A stretch of 64,000 nucleotides of DNA, from contig JAGGWN010000109.1 in the NCBI GenBank assembly GCA_021157415.1, forward strand, positions 164 to 64,163, in the 5' to 3' direction. Position 1 is the stretch's first letter. Every line of letters begins with the position of its first letter. The notes beneath the pieces were generated by a model. That model did not search any database and had not been told where the DNA came from. It worked only from the letters and a program-made list of their open reading frames with translations. This DNA is from Bacteroidales bacterium (lineage in GTDB: Bacteria > Bacteroidota > Bacteroidia > Bacteroidales > VadinHA17). This document shows positions 8,902 through 18,680 of the stretch, one piece after another. The position numbers and the translations under genes were made by a program.

Positions 8902-10446
8902 TCAGTTTTTTTCTGTATGATACATTTTCTTTCGGGGATCGTCAACATCGTTCACCCAAAAAACGAGACCGGCTGCCAGGATCATGGATACTCCCCCCAG
9001 CACCAGAGCATAAATAGCCTGGTCGGCAAACAGATGCCGTACCATAAATCCCAGGATACTGGCTGCGAGTATCTGCGGGATAACGATAAAAAAATTAAAT
9101 ATGCCCATATACGTACCCATTTTTTCGGGCGGAAGTGAACCTGTAAGGATGGCATAAGGCATGGAGAGTATACTGGCCCAGGCAAAGCCGATACCCAGCA
9201 TGGGGATGATCAGTAATACCGGGTTTTTGAACAGAAAAATGGAAGCCAGTCCCACGCCGCCGGCGATCAAAGCAACGGCATGGGTTGTTTTTCTCCCCGT
9301 TTTCTTTGCAAGTACAGGGAGCAGAAAGGCTACTATGGCAGCAAAACCATTGTAAACGCCAAAGAGGACTCCCACCCAGTTAGCCCCTGTGTTGTACAGT
9401 GCCGATTTGGTGTCATTGGTGCCGTATATAAAACTGGTTACTCCGGCTGTGGTATAGATCCACATGGCAAAAAGAGCAAACCAGGAGAAAAATTGCACCA
9501 CGGCCAGTTGTTTCATGGTTGCCGGCATATTGTTAAGGTCGGTAAGTATGGTTACCAGGCCATTGGATCTGTGCAGGGAGAGTTTGTATATGCCGGCAAT
9601 GATCATTAACAGGCCGTAGGCTGCCAGGCCTATTGAAAGGATATATACCTCGGCTTCGGCTTTGATGTACCAAGTCAGCAGACTAAGAAGAAGTCCTGCA
9701 AAAATCCAGATAATACCCGTTTTATAAAACGTAGGGATTTTTGCCGTTTCACGGACCGGTTTATGGTCTTCGGTCCTTTGTTGTTCTTCTGCTGCATTGA
9801 ATTTTTTTAATTCTTCCGGAGAGTATTCCCGGGTAGTGATAACGGTCCAAAGAACAGACAGAAGAAAAATGCTGCCTCCTATATAAAAGGACCATTTAAC
9901 ATTGGGGGGAATCCTGGCATCACCCAAAGGAACGGTAGAAACGTTAAACCAATTGGTCAGGACATAAGGCAGGAGAGAAGCGATGACGGCTCCCGTTCCT
10001 ATGAAAAAACTTTGCATGGCAAAACCAGTGGTACGCTGTTCGGAGGGCAGCATATCCCCGACAAAGGCCCGAAAAGGTTCCATGGAGATGTTGATGGAAG
10101 CATCCATGATCCAGAGAGTGCCGGCGGCGATCCACAATGTAGGCGAGTTGGGCATAAAGAAAAGAGCCGTAGAGGCCAGGAGGGCACCGGTCAGGAAGTA
10201 GGGCCGTCGTCGTCCCAGACGACCCCAGGTGTTGTCGCTCATATGCCCGATGATAGGCTGTATGATCAGGCCCGTAACAGGGGCAGCAATCCATAAAATC
10301 GGAATCTTGTCTATGGGGGCATCCAACGTTTCAAAAATCCTGCTTACATTGGCGTTTTGCAATGCAAAACCAAACTGGATCCCAAAAAATCCAAAACTCA
10401 TATTCCATATTTGCCAAAAATTTAACCTGGGTTTTGATCGTGCCAC
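8902..10446 (-). CDS. GPH/SLC45-like MFS sugar:cation symporter (probable maltose/maltodextrin importer)
   Basis: 12-TM profile. The N-terminus FWQIWNMSFGFFGIQFGFALQNANVSRIF and the motif GRRRPY after TM2 are typical of this sugar symporter family. The start codon is GTG (10444-10446). The gene sits directly upstream of GH65. Confidence 0.8.
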   Translation of the reverse strand: MARSKPRLNFWQIWNMSFGFFGIQFGFALQNANVSRIFETLDAPIDKIPILWIAAPVTGLIIQPIIGHMSDNTWGRLGRRRPYFLTGALLASTALFFMPNSPTLWIAAGTLWIMDASINISMEPFRAFVGDMLPSEQRTTGFAMQSFFIGTGAVIASLLPYVLTNWFNVSTVPLGDARIPPNVKWSFYIGGSIFLLSVLWTVITTREYSPEELKKFNAAEEQQRTEDHKPVRETAKIPTFYKTGIIWIFAGLLLSLLTWYIKAEAEVYILSIGLAAYGLLMIIAGIYKLSLHRSNGLVTILTDLNNMPATMKQLAVVQFFSWFALFAMWIYTTAGVTSFIYGTNDTKSALYNTGANWVGVLFGVYNGFAAIVAFLLPVLAKKTGRKTTHAVALIAGGVGLASIFLFKNPVLLIIPMLGIGFAWASILSMPYAILTGSLPPEKMGTYMGIFNFFIVIPQILAASILGFMVRHLFADQAIYALVLGGVSMILAAGLVFWVNDVDDPRKKMYHTEKN

Positions 10447-10486
10447 AAAATATGTTTTTAATTAAAAAATAGTTGATTTCCGAAGC

Positions 10487-10494
10487 CAAAATTA
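10487..10494 (-). promoter_or_regulatory. Candidate Bacteroidota -7 promoter box (TAATTTTG on the minus strand) for the transporter-GH65 operon
   Basis: The plus strand reads CAAAATTA, which is TAATTTTG on the minus strand and matches TAnnTTTG. It lies about 41 nt upstream of the GTG start at 10446. This is a motif match only. Confidence 0.25.
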
Positions 10495-10652
10495 AAGATT
10501 CTCAGGTAAAATAAAACTCTTTATCCTCTTTATTTACAGGAAGATTCGTTTATTCAAGGAAAAAATCTCTTACATGTGTTGTTTCAAACGTTTTCGACCA
10601 ATGATAATAAAACAGAAAAAAATTAAAAAAAAAATGCAAAAAGCAGATGTCA

Positions 10653-12509
10653 TTACCGGATCATGACCTTTTTCAGGAAAACACCTGTTGACAATCTGAA
10701 TTGCAGGAAATATGTACCCGCAGGTAAATCGTGAATATCGAGGATGATATCCGTGTATTTTGGGTCTTTCTTTATTTTGCAGATTCTCCCGGAAATGTCC
10801 AGAAGTCTGATGGGAGCGATGAGTTGACCGGCAGGCAGATGGATATGTATCCGGTTATGGGCAGGGTTGGGCCATATCCGGAGCATATCAGGAGTCGTTT
10901 TTTTGAAGAAAGTTGGGGGTAGGACAATCACCGTTATCCATGCAGTGTCGCCGGCACATCCGCTGATATTAGTAAAAAACACACCGATACTGTCTTGTCC
11001 GGGAGTTGTCCAGGTGATGATGGTCCCCGGGCCGGTGGTAGGCCATAAAGGATAACCTCCTTTGATCAGCCAGGTGTAATATCCATCCTGTGGAGGGCAA
11101 ATGAAATACCAGACGGTGTCATACAGGGCTACCTGTGTGTATCCGCAAATTTTTCCCGTGATTACAGGTTCAGGCTCTGTGAGTCGGACGCTGTCGGTGG
11201 CCGTATTGCCGATAGCGTCGGTGACGGTTATGTGATACCATACCCAGGCGCTGAGGCCGATGGCCAACGTGTCGGCAGAGGGAGGATCGTTGTCCCATCG
11301 CCAATGGTAGGGCGGGATTCCTCCGTAAGCCTTTGCCAGGGCCCAGCCGTCTTTTCCTCCAAAGCAGGTAACATTTCCACTGTCAACGACCCGGACAGTC
11401 AAAGGCTGTCCCGGAATAAACGGTGAGACAAAATGGACCACATGCCAGTCATTATCCCAGGTATGGGCAGAGTCGTTCCATAACTGTCCCGTTTCTGCTT
11501 TCAGGACGTTGCAGTGATCATAATCGTAAAAATATTGGTAATTGTCTTGCCATGTGGTGGAACCGGAATGGAAAATCTGAAATAAAATTAAGGTGTCATT
11601 TCCCGCTTCATTTTGATAATACAGATATCTTACCGCCTCTTCCCAATGATCCGTGTCCCAAATTTGATAGTCCTGTACTGTCAGGGTTCCGTCTTTGTAT
11701 AAATAACTAATCATTGTTTGATTAATCCACTGGTCTGAAGCTGTGTCCCATTTTGTCAGCACTTCTTTTGTGTGACGGCCGGCATCATCGTAATAAAAAG
11801 ATCGTTTGGAGATGTTTATCCACCGGGAAGTTGCCGAATCATACTGTTGTTTAACGGATGCCGTATCCAGGGATTGTTCCCAAAAATCGAGGGTTCTGTA
11901 AGCAGGGGCCCATTTTTCACGCACAGTATCCCACAAAGCTGATTGGGAAAGAGTAGGATGACCTATCGTATCATATTCAATATCATTCCGGGAAGAATTT
12001 ATCCATGTATTGACGGATTCGTACTTCTGGGAAAGATTCGTTGCCAGCCATCCTTCTTGTGTGTACAGGTAAAAATTTCTGTAAGCACTGTCCCAGGACA
12101 GTGTTGCGGAGCTATGATAAAAGGTATAGGATTCCAATAAACGGCCGGATGAAGAATATTTATTCTCGATCCGGGATTGGGGCATCCAGGTATGCTCTTG
12201 TTGGTTTCGGTTTTCGTACCAGATTGTTTTGCCTTCCCGGTTGTATCCCCAAAAACAACCCCGGTTGAGTATCCAGGATGAATCAGTGACAGACCAGGAA
12301 AAAAAATAGGTTGAATCCTGCAGGAAACGGCCGGGGCAGGTTGTTTCAAAGCCTTTTTTCTCCGTCTTGCCCGGATGTTTCATAGGATACTCTTTGAGAA
12401 GAGTATGGATGTAAGAAGTATCGGGTTGAGAGGCTTCCTGTATTTTAGATAGGACCGGAAATACAGGGAGAAAGCAAAAAACAATGATCCACCCGGCTAA
12501 TCTTATCAT
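10653..12509 (-). CDS. T9SS-secreted protein with Trp-rich degenerate repeats, one SprB-type repeat and a C-terminal sorting domain
   Basis: Signal peptide present. Residues about 70-350 contain repeated W..n....Y(Y)D/W.D patterns. There is a SprB-like repeat, VTCFGGKDGWALAKAYGGIPPYHWRW. The C-terminus (LRIWPNPAHNRIHIHLP...LPAGTYFLQF....KKVMIR) matches the type-A T9SS CTD pattern. Confidence 0.7.
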   Translation of the reverse strand: MIRLAGWIIVFCFLPVFPVLSKIQEASQPDTSYIHTLLKEYPMKHPGKTEKKGFETTCPGRFLQDSTYFFSWSVTDSSWILNRGCFWGYNREGKTIWYENRNQQEHTWMPQSRIENKYSSSGRLLESYTFYHSSATLSWDSAYRNFYLYTQEGWLATNLSQKYESVNTWINSSRNDIEYDTIGHPTLSQSALWDTVREKWAPAYRTLDFWEQSLDTASVKQQYDSATSRWINISKRSFYYDDAGRHTKEVLTKWDTASDQWINQTMISYLYKDGTLTVQDYQIWDTDHWEEAVRYLYYQNEAGNDTLILFQIFHSGSTTWQDNYQYFYDYDHCNVLKAETGQLWNDSAHTWDNDWHVVHFVSPFIPGQPLTVRVVDSGNVTCFGGKDGWALAKAYGGIPPYHWRWDNDPPSADTLAIGLSAWVWYHITVTDAIGNTATDSVRLTEPEPVITGKICGYTQVALYDTVWYFICPPQDGYYTWLIKGGYPLWPTTGPGTIITWTTPGQDSIGVFFTNISGCAGDTAWITVIVLPPTFFKKTTPDMLRIWPNPAHNRIHIHLPAGQLIAPIRLLDISGRICKIKKDPKYTDIILDIHDLPAGTYFLQFRLSTGVFLKKVMIR

Positions 12510-12635
12510 ACACTACTTATTTTCACCCAATTTAATAAAAATGATTGAAAAACAGAAAAGAGGGAAGTCTGGTATGAATAGTTTCCGGCGTAAAAAGTTA
12601 AAAAATTCCCTACATCATTCCGTTTTTCCGACTTT

Positions 12636-13355
12636 TTATATTTCCATTTTAATCCGGTAGTTCTTCAATTCCCTGTCCAGGGTTTTGGCTTTACCAGTGA
12701 TCCTATCCAGTGCCTTCCAGAAGTCGGGACCGTGGTTCTTATGGACGGTATGTACCAGTTCGTGGAGGATAACATAATCTATCAGGTGCGAGGGAAGTTG
12801 CATCAGGTGGATGTTGAGGTTAATATTCAGAGCGGCGGAACAGCTCCCCCAGCGTGTTTTCATGTTTTTCAGAAAGATTTTTCGATAGATAAACCCGTGC
12901 TGGGCAGCTAGTTGGCTCACACGAACAGGCAGATAGAGCCGGGCTTCCGTACGCAGGGTTTCAATGTACAAGCGGCTGATTATGTGTTTCATTTTCGGAT
13001 CATTGACAGAAAGGGAAGAAGGATAAAACAATGTCGTGATGCCCTCTTGTATTTTCCCTGAAAACCCATCTCTTTCGGCCGGTGTAAGGAAAAGTTTGTG
13101 ATGCCGGGTAAAAACATTTTCCCCGGGCTGAAAAGTCTGCCCAGGGGAGGTGTTTTCATGCATGTTGTGAAGTGCCCGCCGGACCCAGTCTTTCTTTTTC
13201 TCTAAAAACCTGATCCCTTCCCGGTAAGACACCACATAAGGTATTATGACCTGCACCCTTTCTGTTTCCGAGATGCGGATACTTATCCGCCTTGCACGAT
13301 AGCTTTTTCGAAAAATAACCGGTCCGATCCCGGGAAAAGAATAAATTTTTTCCAT
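12636..13355 (-). CDS. YgjP-like (DUF45/M48-family) metal-dependent hydrolase
   Basis: 239 aa. It has the typical RKSYRARRISIRI... N-terminus, a TRWGSCS motif and a C-terminal zinc site, HELVHTVHKNHGPDFW. Confidence 0.8.
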   Translation of the reverse strand: MEKIYSFPGIGPVIFRKSYRARRISIRISETERVQVIIPYVVSYREGIRFLEKKKDWVRRALHNMHENTSPGQTFQPGENVFTRHHKLFLTPAERDGFSGKIQEGITTLFYPSSLSVNDPKMKHIISRLYIETLRTEARLYLPVRVSQLAAQHGFIYRKIFLKNMKTRWGSCSAALNINLNIHLMQLPSHLIDYVILHELVHTVHKNHGPDFWKALDRITGKAKTLDRELKNYRIKMEI

Positions 13356-13583
13356 GTAGCTGTGCTTAAAAAAATCACGGGGTTAAAAATCGTTAATTTC
13401 CATCAAATATCATCCTTGTTTTTCCGTTATTTTTCTATATTAGCAGCTCTTTGTATTAAACATGCTGCTGCTTTTTTTTAGGGGATAACAGGTGGTTGCC
13501 AAAGATTTCAAAAAAGGGCAAAGCATGATCCGGCATGTATTAACGGGAGGTAAATTTTGAATAGGACAAAAACATCAGGAAAG

Positions 13584-14957
13584 ATGAAACGATATATTCT
13601 TTTAATAATTCTTCTGATAATTCCTGTTACAGGTCGTAGCCAGGAGAAAAAATGGTCGCTTGAAGATTGTATTCAGTATGCGATTGATAACAATATTCAG
13701 ATCAAGCAGCAGGAGTTGAATACCAGATTGAGTGAGAATGCCTTAAAGCAGTCCAAACTAAACCGGTTACCCAATCTAAACGCAGGGACGAATTATTCGT
13801 TTTCTACGGGACGGGTACTGGATATGACCACCTATCGTTTTACCAACAACTCAGTGAACTATGTTGGAACCAATGCCGGTACCAATATGAATCTGTTCAG
13901 CGGGTTTAAGACTAAAAACACTATCAAACAGAACAAATACCGGCTGATGGCCAGCATGGCTGAACTGGACCGGGTTAAAAATGACATTTCCATGAATATT
14001 GCCCTGGCTTATCTGCAAATCCTCCTGGATAAGGAGTTGTTGGAGGTGGCTCGTCAGCAGGTAGCTATCACCAGTTTACAGATTGACCGTACCCGCAAGC
14101 TGGTGGAAGCGGGGAGCATCCCTCTGGGCAACCTGTTGGAGATACAGGCACAGGCAGCTTCCGAGGAAATGCAGGAGGTCAATGCTTCCAATGCCCTGGA
14201 CATAGCATACCTGAATCTTACACAGATCCTCGACCTGGATTCTGTTGCCGGGTTTGATATCATTGTCCCTGAAATGGAAAATCCTGACAGTAATTTCCTG
14301 ATCCCGGGGGTCAGCGAAGTTTTTTCTGACGCTATGAATGTGATGCCCCAGATAAAAAGGGCGGATTATCAATTGAAAAGTTCCGAGCTGGCTCTGAAGA
14401 TTGCCAAAAGCTCGAGAAGTCCGAGGCTGAACCTTTCCGGCAGTTTCAATACGAGTTATTCGGACAATCGTCAAAAAGTGCTGGGTGTTGATCCCGTGGA
14501 GGGAATTATTTATGGGGATTATCCTTTCTGGAATCAAATGGGAGATAACCGGTATTGGGGTGTCGGACTGGGTCTGAGCATTCCCATATTCAACAACTGG
14601 CAGGTTGAACGGGGCGTGAAAGATGCAAAAATCAACATAGAAAATGCACAATTGCAGCTCCAAAACGAAAGAAACCGTTTGTACAAAGAAATACAACAAG
14701 CTTATGCCGACGCCAGAGCTGCTTTGAAAAGGTATTTGGCTACCCGGAAAACCGTTTTATCCATGGAGGAATCATTCCGGTATACCTCTGAGAAATTTGA
14801 TGTAGGCCTCGTAACGAGTGTGGACTATAATACAGCCAAGAACCAGCTTACAAAAGCCCGTTCGGATATGTTGGGGGCCAAATATGAGTTTATTTTCAAA
14901 GTGAATGTGCTTAACTTTTACAGGGGGAAACCCTTTAGTTTGAATATACAATTTTAG
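13584..14957 (+). CDS. TolC-family outer membrane efflux protein
   Basis: Signal peptide MKRYILLIILLIIPVTGRSQ. The opening (LSLEDCIQYAIDNNIQIK) and the two-repeat coiled-coil/barrel organisation are those of the OEP family. I moved the start to ATG 13584, because the track ORF begins at a TTG. Confidence 0.85.
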   Translation: MKRYILLIILLIIPVTGRSQEKKWSLEDCIQYAIDNNIQIKQQELNTRLSENALKQSKLNRLPNLNAGTNYSFSTGRVLDMTTYRFTNNSVNYVGTNAGTNMNLFSGFKTKNTIKQNKYRLMASMAELDRVKNDISMNIALAYLQILLDKELLEVARQQVAITSLQIDRTRKLVEAGSIPLGNLLEIQAQAASEEMQEVNASNALDIAYLNLTQILDLDSVAGFDIIVPEMENPDSNFLIPGVSEVFSDAMNVMPQIKRADYQLKSSELALKIAKSSRSPRLNLSGSFNTSYSDNRQKVLGVDPVEGIIYGDYPFWNQMGDNRYWGVGLGLSIPIFNNWQVERGVKDAKINIENAQLQLQNERNRLYKEIQQAYADARAALKRYLATRKTVLSMEESFRYTSEKFDVGLVTSVDYNTAKNQLTKARSDMLGAKYEFIFKVNVLNFYRGKPFSLNIQF

Positions 14958-15171
14958 CAGAAATTATGTTTTTTGCAGGATATTAAAATACAGATAAATG
15001 AAACAAACATAAATTTTCTTAATTAGTAATACACACAGGAATAAGATTAAAAAAATTCCTGTGCATGAACAGAGCACAGCGAGCTCACGAACAGTTTTAC
15101 GGTGAATAACCGGTTACATGGGTGAAGAAAAATTTTATTTTCTTCATAATAAAATAAAAATTTTTAGACAT

Positions 15172-16452
15172 ATGAAAAAAAATAAAGCTTTATACATTTT
15201 GGTCGGAGTGACGGTTTTAGCGATAATCCTGGCTGTCATTGGTAAAAAAGCCGGCTGGTTTGGAAAAGAGATGACCTATAAAGTAGCAGTGGAAAAAGGG
15301 AAATACCGTACTATCATTGCAACGGTCAGTGCCAACGGAAAGATTCAACCGGAAACGGAAGTAAAGCTGACACCGGATGTTTCCGGTGAAATTGTCGAAC
15401 TGAATGTAAAGGAAGGGGACTATGTGCATGCAGGTGATCTGCTGGTGCGTATAAAACCGGATGTGTACATCTCGGCACGTGACAGGGCAGCAGCAGCGGT
15501 CCATTCGGCGAAAGCGCGGCTGACTCAGGCAGAAGCAAGATTCATTCAGGCCAGACAGAATTATGATAGAAACAAGAAACTGTATGAGCATCAGACCATC
15601 TCAGAGGCTGATTTTGAGAATGCGGAATCTGACTATAAAATGACCAAAGCGGATGTTGATGCAGCACGCTACTCTCTGTTAAGTGCCCAAGCCAGCCTGA
15701 AAGAAGCGGAAGAAAATTTGATCAAAACAAAAATCTATGCGCCGATGTCGGGGACGGTTTCAAAGCTAAACGTGGAGAAAGGAGAGCGCGTGGTTGGAAC
15801 CTCTATGATGGCCGGTACTGAGATGATGCGTATTGCTGACCTGAGCACCATGGAAGTATTGGTGGAGGTGAATGAGAATGATATCATACGCGTGAAAACG
15901 GGAGATACCGCCATCGTTGAAGTGGATGCTTATCTGGGGGATAAATTCAGGGGGACAGTGACCGAAATTGCCAACTCAGCATCAACCTCCGGAATATCCG
16001 TAGACCAGGTTACCAGTTTTAATGTGAAAGTCCGGTTGTTGCGGGATTCATACAAGCATCTTATTTCAGAAATCAATCCACATCCTTTTCGTCCCGGGAT
16101 GTCGGCCACCGTGGATATTCAGACAGACCGGAAAGAACATACTCTTTCATTACCCATACAGGCTGTGACAACACGTACAGATACATTGTCTTACGGAGAA
16201 AATGAAGACGAGATTCTGACTGAAGATGAAAGAACCAAAGAGGTGGTTTTTATCGTTCAAGGGGATTATGCCCTCCAGCGTGAAGTGAATACCGGAATCC
16301 AGGATGATAATTTTATTGAGATAGTAAAAGGAATTACCGATCAGGAGGATGTGGTTGTGGCTCCATATAATATTGTTGCCAAAAAGCTTCAGGATAGTAC
16401 CCGGGTTGAAGTAGTTCCCAAAAAAGAACTTTTCAAGGCCGGGAAAAAATAA
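15172..16452 (+). CDS. Efflux membrane-fusion (periplasmic adaptor) protein, HlyD/MacA type
   Basis: N-terminal TM anchor, lipoyl-like hairpin halves (GEIVELNVKEGDYVHAGDLLVRI ... IYAPMSGTVSKLNVEKGERV) and a long coiled coil between them. I moved the start to ATG 15172 (MKKNKALYILVG). Confidence 0.85.
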   Translation: MKKNKALYILVGVTVLAIILAVIGKKAGWFGKEMTYKVAVEKGKYRTIIATVSANGKIQPETEVKLTPDVSGEIVELNVKEGDYVHAGDLLVRIKPDVYISARDRAAAAVHSAKARLTQAEARFIQARQNYDRNKKLYEHQTISEADFENAESDYKMTKADVDAARYSLLSAQASLKEAEENLIKTKIYAPMSGTVSKLNVEKGERVVGTSMMAGTEMMRIADLSTMEVLVEVNENDIIRVKTGDTAIVEVDAYLGDKFRGTVTEIANSASTSGISVDQVTSFNVKVRLLRDSYKHLISEINPHPFRPGMSATVDIQTDRKEHTLSLPIQAVTTRTDTLSYGENEDEILTEDERTKEVVFIVQGDYALQREVNTGIQDDNFIEIVKGITDQEDVVVAPYNIVAKKLQDSTRVEVVPKKELFKAGKK

Positions 16453-16466
16453 ACTCCAGCGAGAAC

Positions 16467-17183
16467 ATGTGTTTGATCCTGAATATTGAAACCTCTTCCG
16501 ATATTTGTTCCGTGGCTCTGGGGAAAGGCGAAAAGACACTGGATATTCTTGAAAGTCGTGAGGAAAGAGATCATGCCAGGGTTCTTACTTTGCTCATCAA
16601 TAAAATTCTGAAAAACAATAAGCTGGAAACGAGTGATCTGCATGCGGTCGCTGTAAGCAAAGGGCCCGGCTCCTATACAGGATTAAGGATAGGTGTTTCT
16701 ACCGCCAAGGGGCTGGCCTATGGGTTAAATATTCCACTCATTGCCGTATCCACGCCGGAAGCAATGGTTGCAGAAGCTTTGACAACAATACGGCAAGAAA
16801 TGCCGGAGATTCCCCCAAATGCATGGTTGTGTCCCATGATTGATGCCCGGCGCATGGAAGTGTATCTTTCGTTTTATGATTTGTCCGGCAAGCAGCAAAC
16901 TGATATTCGGGCAGCGGTGATTACTTCCGGGTCATTCGAAAAGATCCTGAAAGAGCGTATGGTGTTTTTTTTCGGAACAGGAAGTGAGAAATGCAGGAAG
17001 GTACTTCCCCACCACAATGTCAGGTTTCTTGAAAATATCAGACCTTCGGCAGAATCCATGACCTCTTTGTCTTATGAATGCTTTCAGTCACAGGCCTTTG
17101 AAGATGTTGCCTACTTTGAGCCTTTCTACCTGAAAGAATTTATAGCTACAATTCCTAAAAATAAATTAAAAACGGACCGGTAA
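16467..17183 (+). CDS. tsaB: tRNA t6A37 threonylcarbamoyl-transfer complex dimerisation subunit TsaB
   Basis: The N-terminus ILNIETSSDICSVAL and the strings AVAVSKGPGSYTGLRIGVSTAKGLA and PLIAVSTPEAM are diagnostic of TsaB/YeaZ. Confidence 0.85.
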   Translation: MCLILNIETSSDICSVALGKGEKTLDILESREERDHARVLTLLINKILKNNKLETSDLHAVAVSKGPGSYTGLRIGVSTAKGLAYGLNIPLIAVSTPEAMVAEALTTIRQEMPEIPPNAWLCPMIDARRMEVYLSFYDLSGKQQTDIRAAVITSGSFEKILKERMVFFFGTGSEKCRKVLPHHNVRFLENIRPSAESMTSLSYECFQSQAFEDVAYFEPFYLKEFIATIPKNKLKTDR

Positions 17184-17208
17184 TTGCAGGAGAACTAATA
17201 AAAAGGGG

Positions 17209-18012
17209 ATGAAAATAAGTATGATGTTTCGTAGTGTTTTATTTTTAATGATACTTGTACCATGGGCCGGGGTTTTTACAGTTCGTGGAGAAGAACCGGT
17301 GAGATATGGTCCGGGGGAAAAGCTGCATTATAACATTAATTTTGCATTCGTGCCGGCGGGCGATGCTTATCTTTTTGTTAAGAGGGATACCCTGGGCGGA
17401 AAGGAAATATGGCACATTAAACTATTAGGCAGCACTTCCGGACTGGCCGACGTGATATACAAGGTACGCGACCGGTATGAATGTTATATGGATCCGTTTA
17501 CTCAGTTCCCTCTTAAAGCAATACGGGATATCCACGAAGGGAACTATAAAAAGTACAATGAAGTGATTTTTAACCACAATGCCCGGGAAGATTCTTCTAT
17601 TGTTTACAGTCAGGCACGGGGAAAGGTGGTGGTTCCGAAAAATATATATGATGTGCTTACCGGGTTTTATTATTTCAGGGAACATTATGCAGGATATCCT
17701 TTCAAAAAACGGGAGACGGTGCTTATACAGACCTATTTCACAGACGAACTGTGGCCTTTAAAAATTCGTTATCTTGGGAAAGAAGTTGTAAAAATCGGAA
17801 AGAAGAAAGTCCGGTGTCTTAGATTCGGTCCTGTGACAGAAGTCGGAAGAGCATTCAAAAAAGAAAATGATATGTCTATGTGGCTTACCGACGATGATAA
17901 TTTCTTGCCGGTAAAGATTTGGGTAAATCTTAAAGTGGGCTCATTCCGGATTAATCTGGCGGATTACGAAGGGTTGCGTTACCCTATATCGGCTTTTATA
18001 AGTAAGGAGTAG
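17209..18012 (+). CDS. DUF3108-like secreted protein
   Basis: Signal peptide present. The beta-rich sequence (GEKLHYNINFAFVPAGDAYLFVK...) resembles DUF3108 family members by recall. Confidence 0.55.
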   Translation: MKISMMFRSVLFLMILVPWAGVFTVRGEEPVRYGPGEKLHYNINFAFVPAGDAYLFVKRDTLGGKEIWHIKLLGSTSGLADVIYKVRDRYECYMDPFTQFPLKAIRDIHEGNYKKYNEVIFNHNAREDSSIVYSQARGKVVVPKNIYDVLTGFYYFREHYAGYPFKKRETVLIQTYFTDELWPLKIRYLGKEVVKIGKKKVRCLRFGPVTEVGRAFKKENDMSMWLTDDDNFLPVKIWVNLKVGSFRINLADYEGLRYPISAFISKE

Positions 18013-18096
18013 AGGACTTAAGCAAAAGGCCAAAGAATACATTGGGTAATTCCGGTAATTCCATTATTTTTGTGAAAATAATAAGAAAAAGAACAT

Positions 18097-18666
18097 ATGG
18101 CAACCACAGCGGATTTCAGAAACGGATTGTGTATTGAATTTAACAATGATTTATACACCATTGTTCAGTTTCAGCATGTCAAACCCGGCAAAGGGCCGGC
18201 ATTTGTGCGAACCAAGTTAAAGAGCCTTACTACCGGCAGGGTGATAGACAATACGTTTTCGTCCGGGCACAAGGTGACGGTGGCCCGGATAGAACGGCGG
18301 CCTTACCAGTTTCTTTACAAGGATGATATGGGATATCATTTCATGCACCGTGAAACCTTTGAGCAGGTCTCCATTGAAGAAGGGTTGATCCCCAATCCCG
18401 ATCTGATGAAAGAAGGACAGGATGTAGAGATCGTTTTTCATGCCGAGACAGAAACCCCTCTTTCCGTTGATCTCCCCCCCTATGTTGAGTTGGAAGTAAC
18501 CTATACCGAACCCGGCATAAAAGGAGACACCTCTTCTACCACCGCCATGAAACCTGCCACCCTGGAAACCGGAGCTACCATTAGTGTTCCATTGTTCATC
18601 AATCAGGGAGAAAAAATAAAAGTCGATACGAGGACCCGTTCTTACGGGGAAAGGGTAAAAGGATAA
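18097..18666 (+). CDS. efp: Translation elongation factor P
   Basis: 189 aa. It carries the [18 protein letters not shown] loop with the conserved Lys, and has the three-domain length typical of EF-P. Confidence 0.95.
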   Translation: MATTADFRNGLCIEFNNDLYTIVQFQHVKPGKGPAFVRTKLKSLTTGRVIDNTFSSGHKVTVARIERRPYQFLYKDDMGYHFMHRETFEQVSIEEGLIPNPDLMKEGQDVEIVFHAETETPLSVDLPPYVELEVTYTEPGIKGDTSSTTAMKPATLETGATISVPLFINQGEKIKVDTRTRSYGERVKG

Positions 18667-18680
18667 CTTAAACTGTTTTT

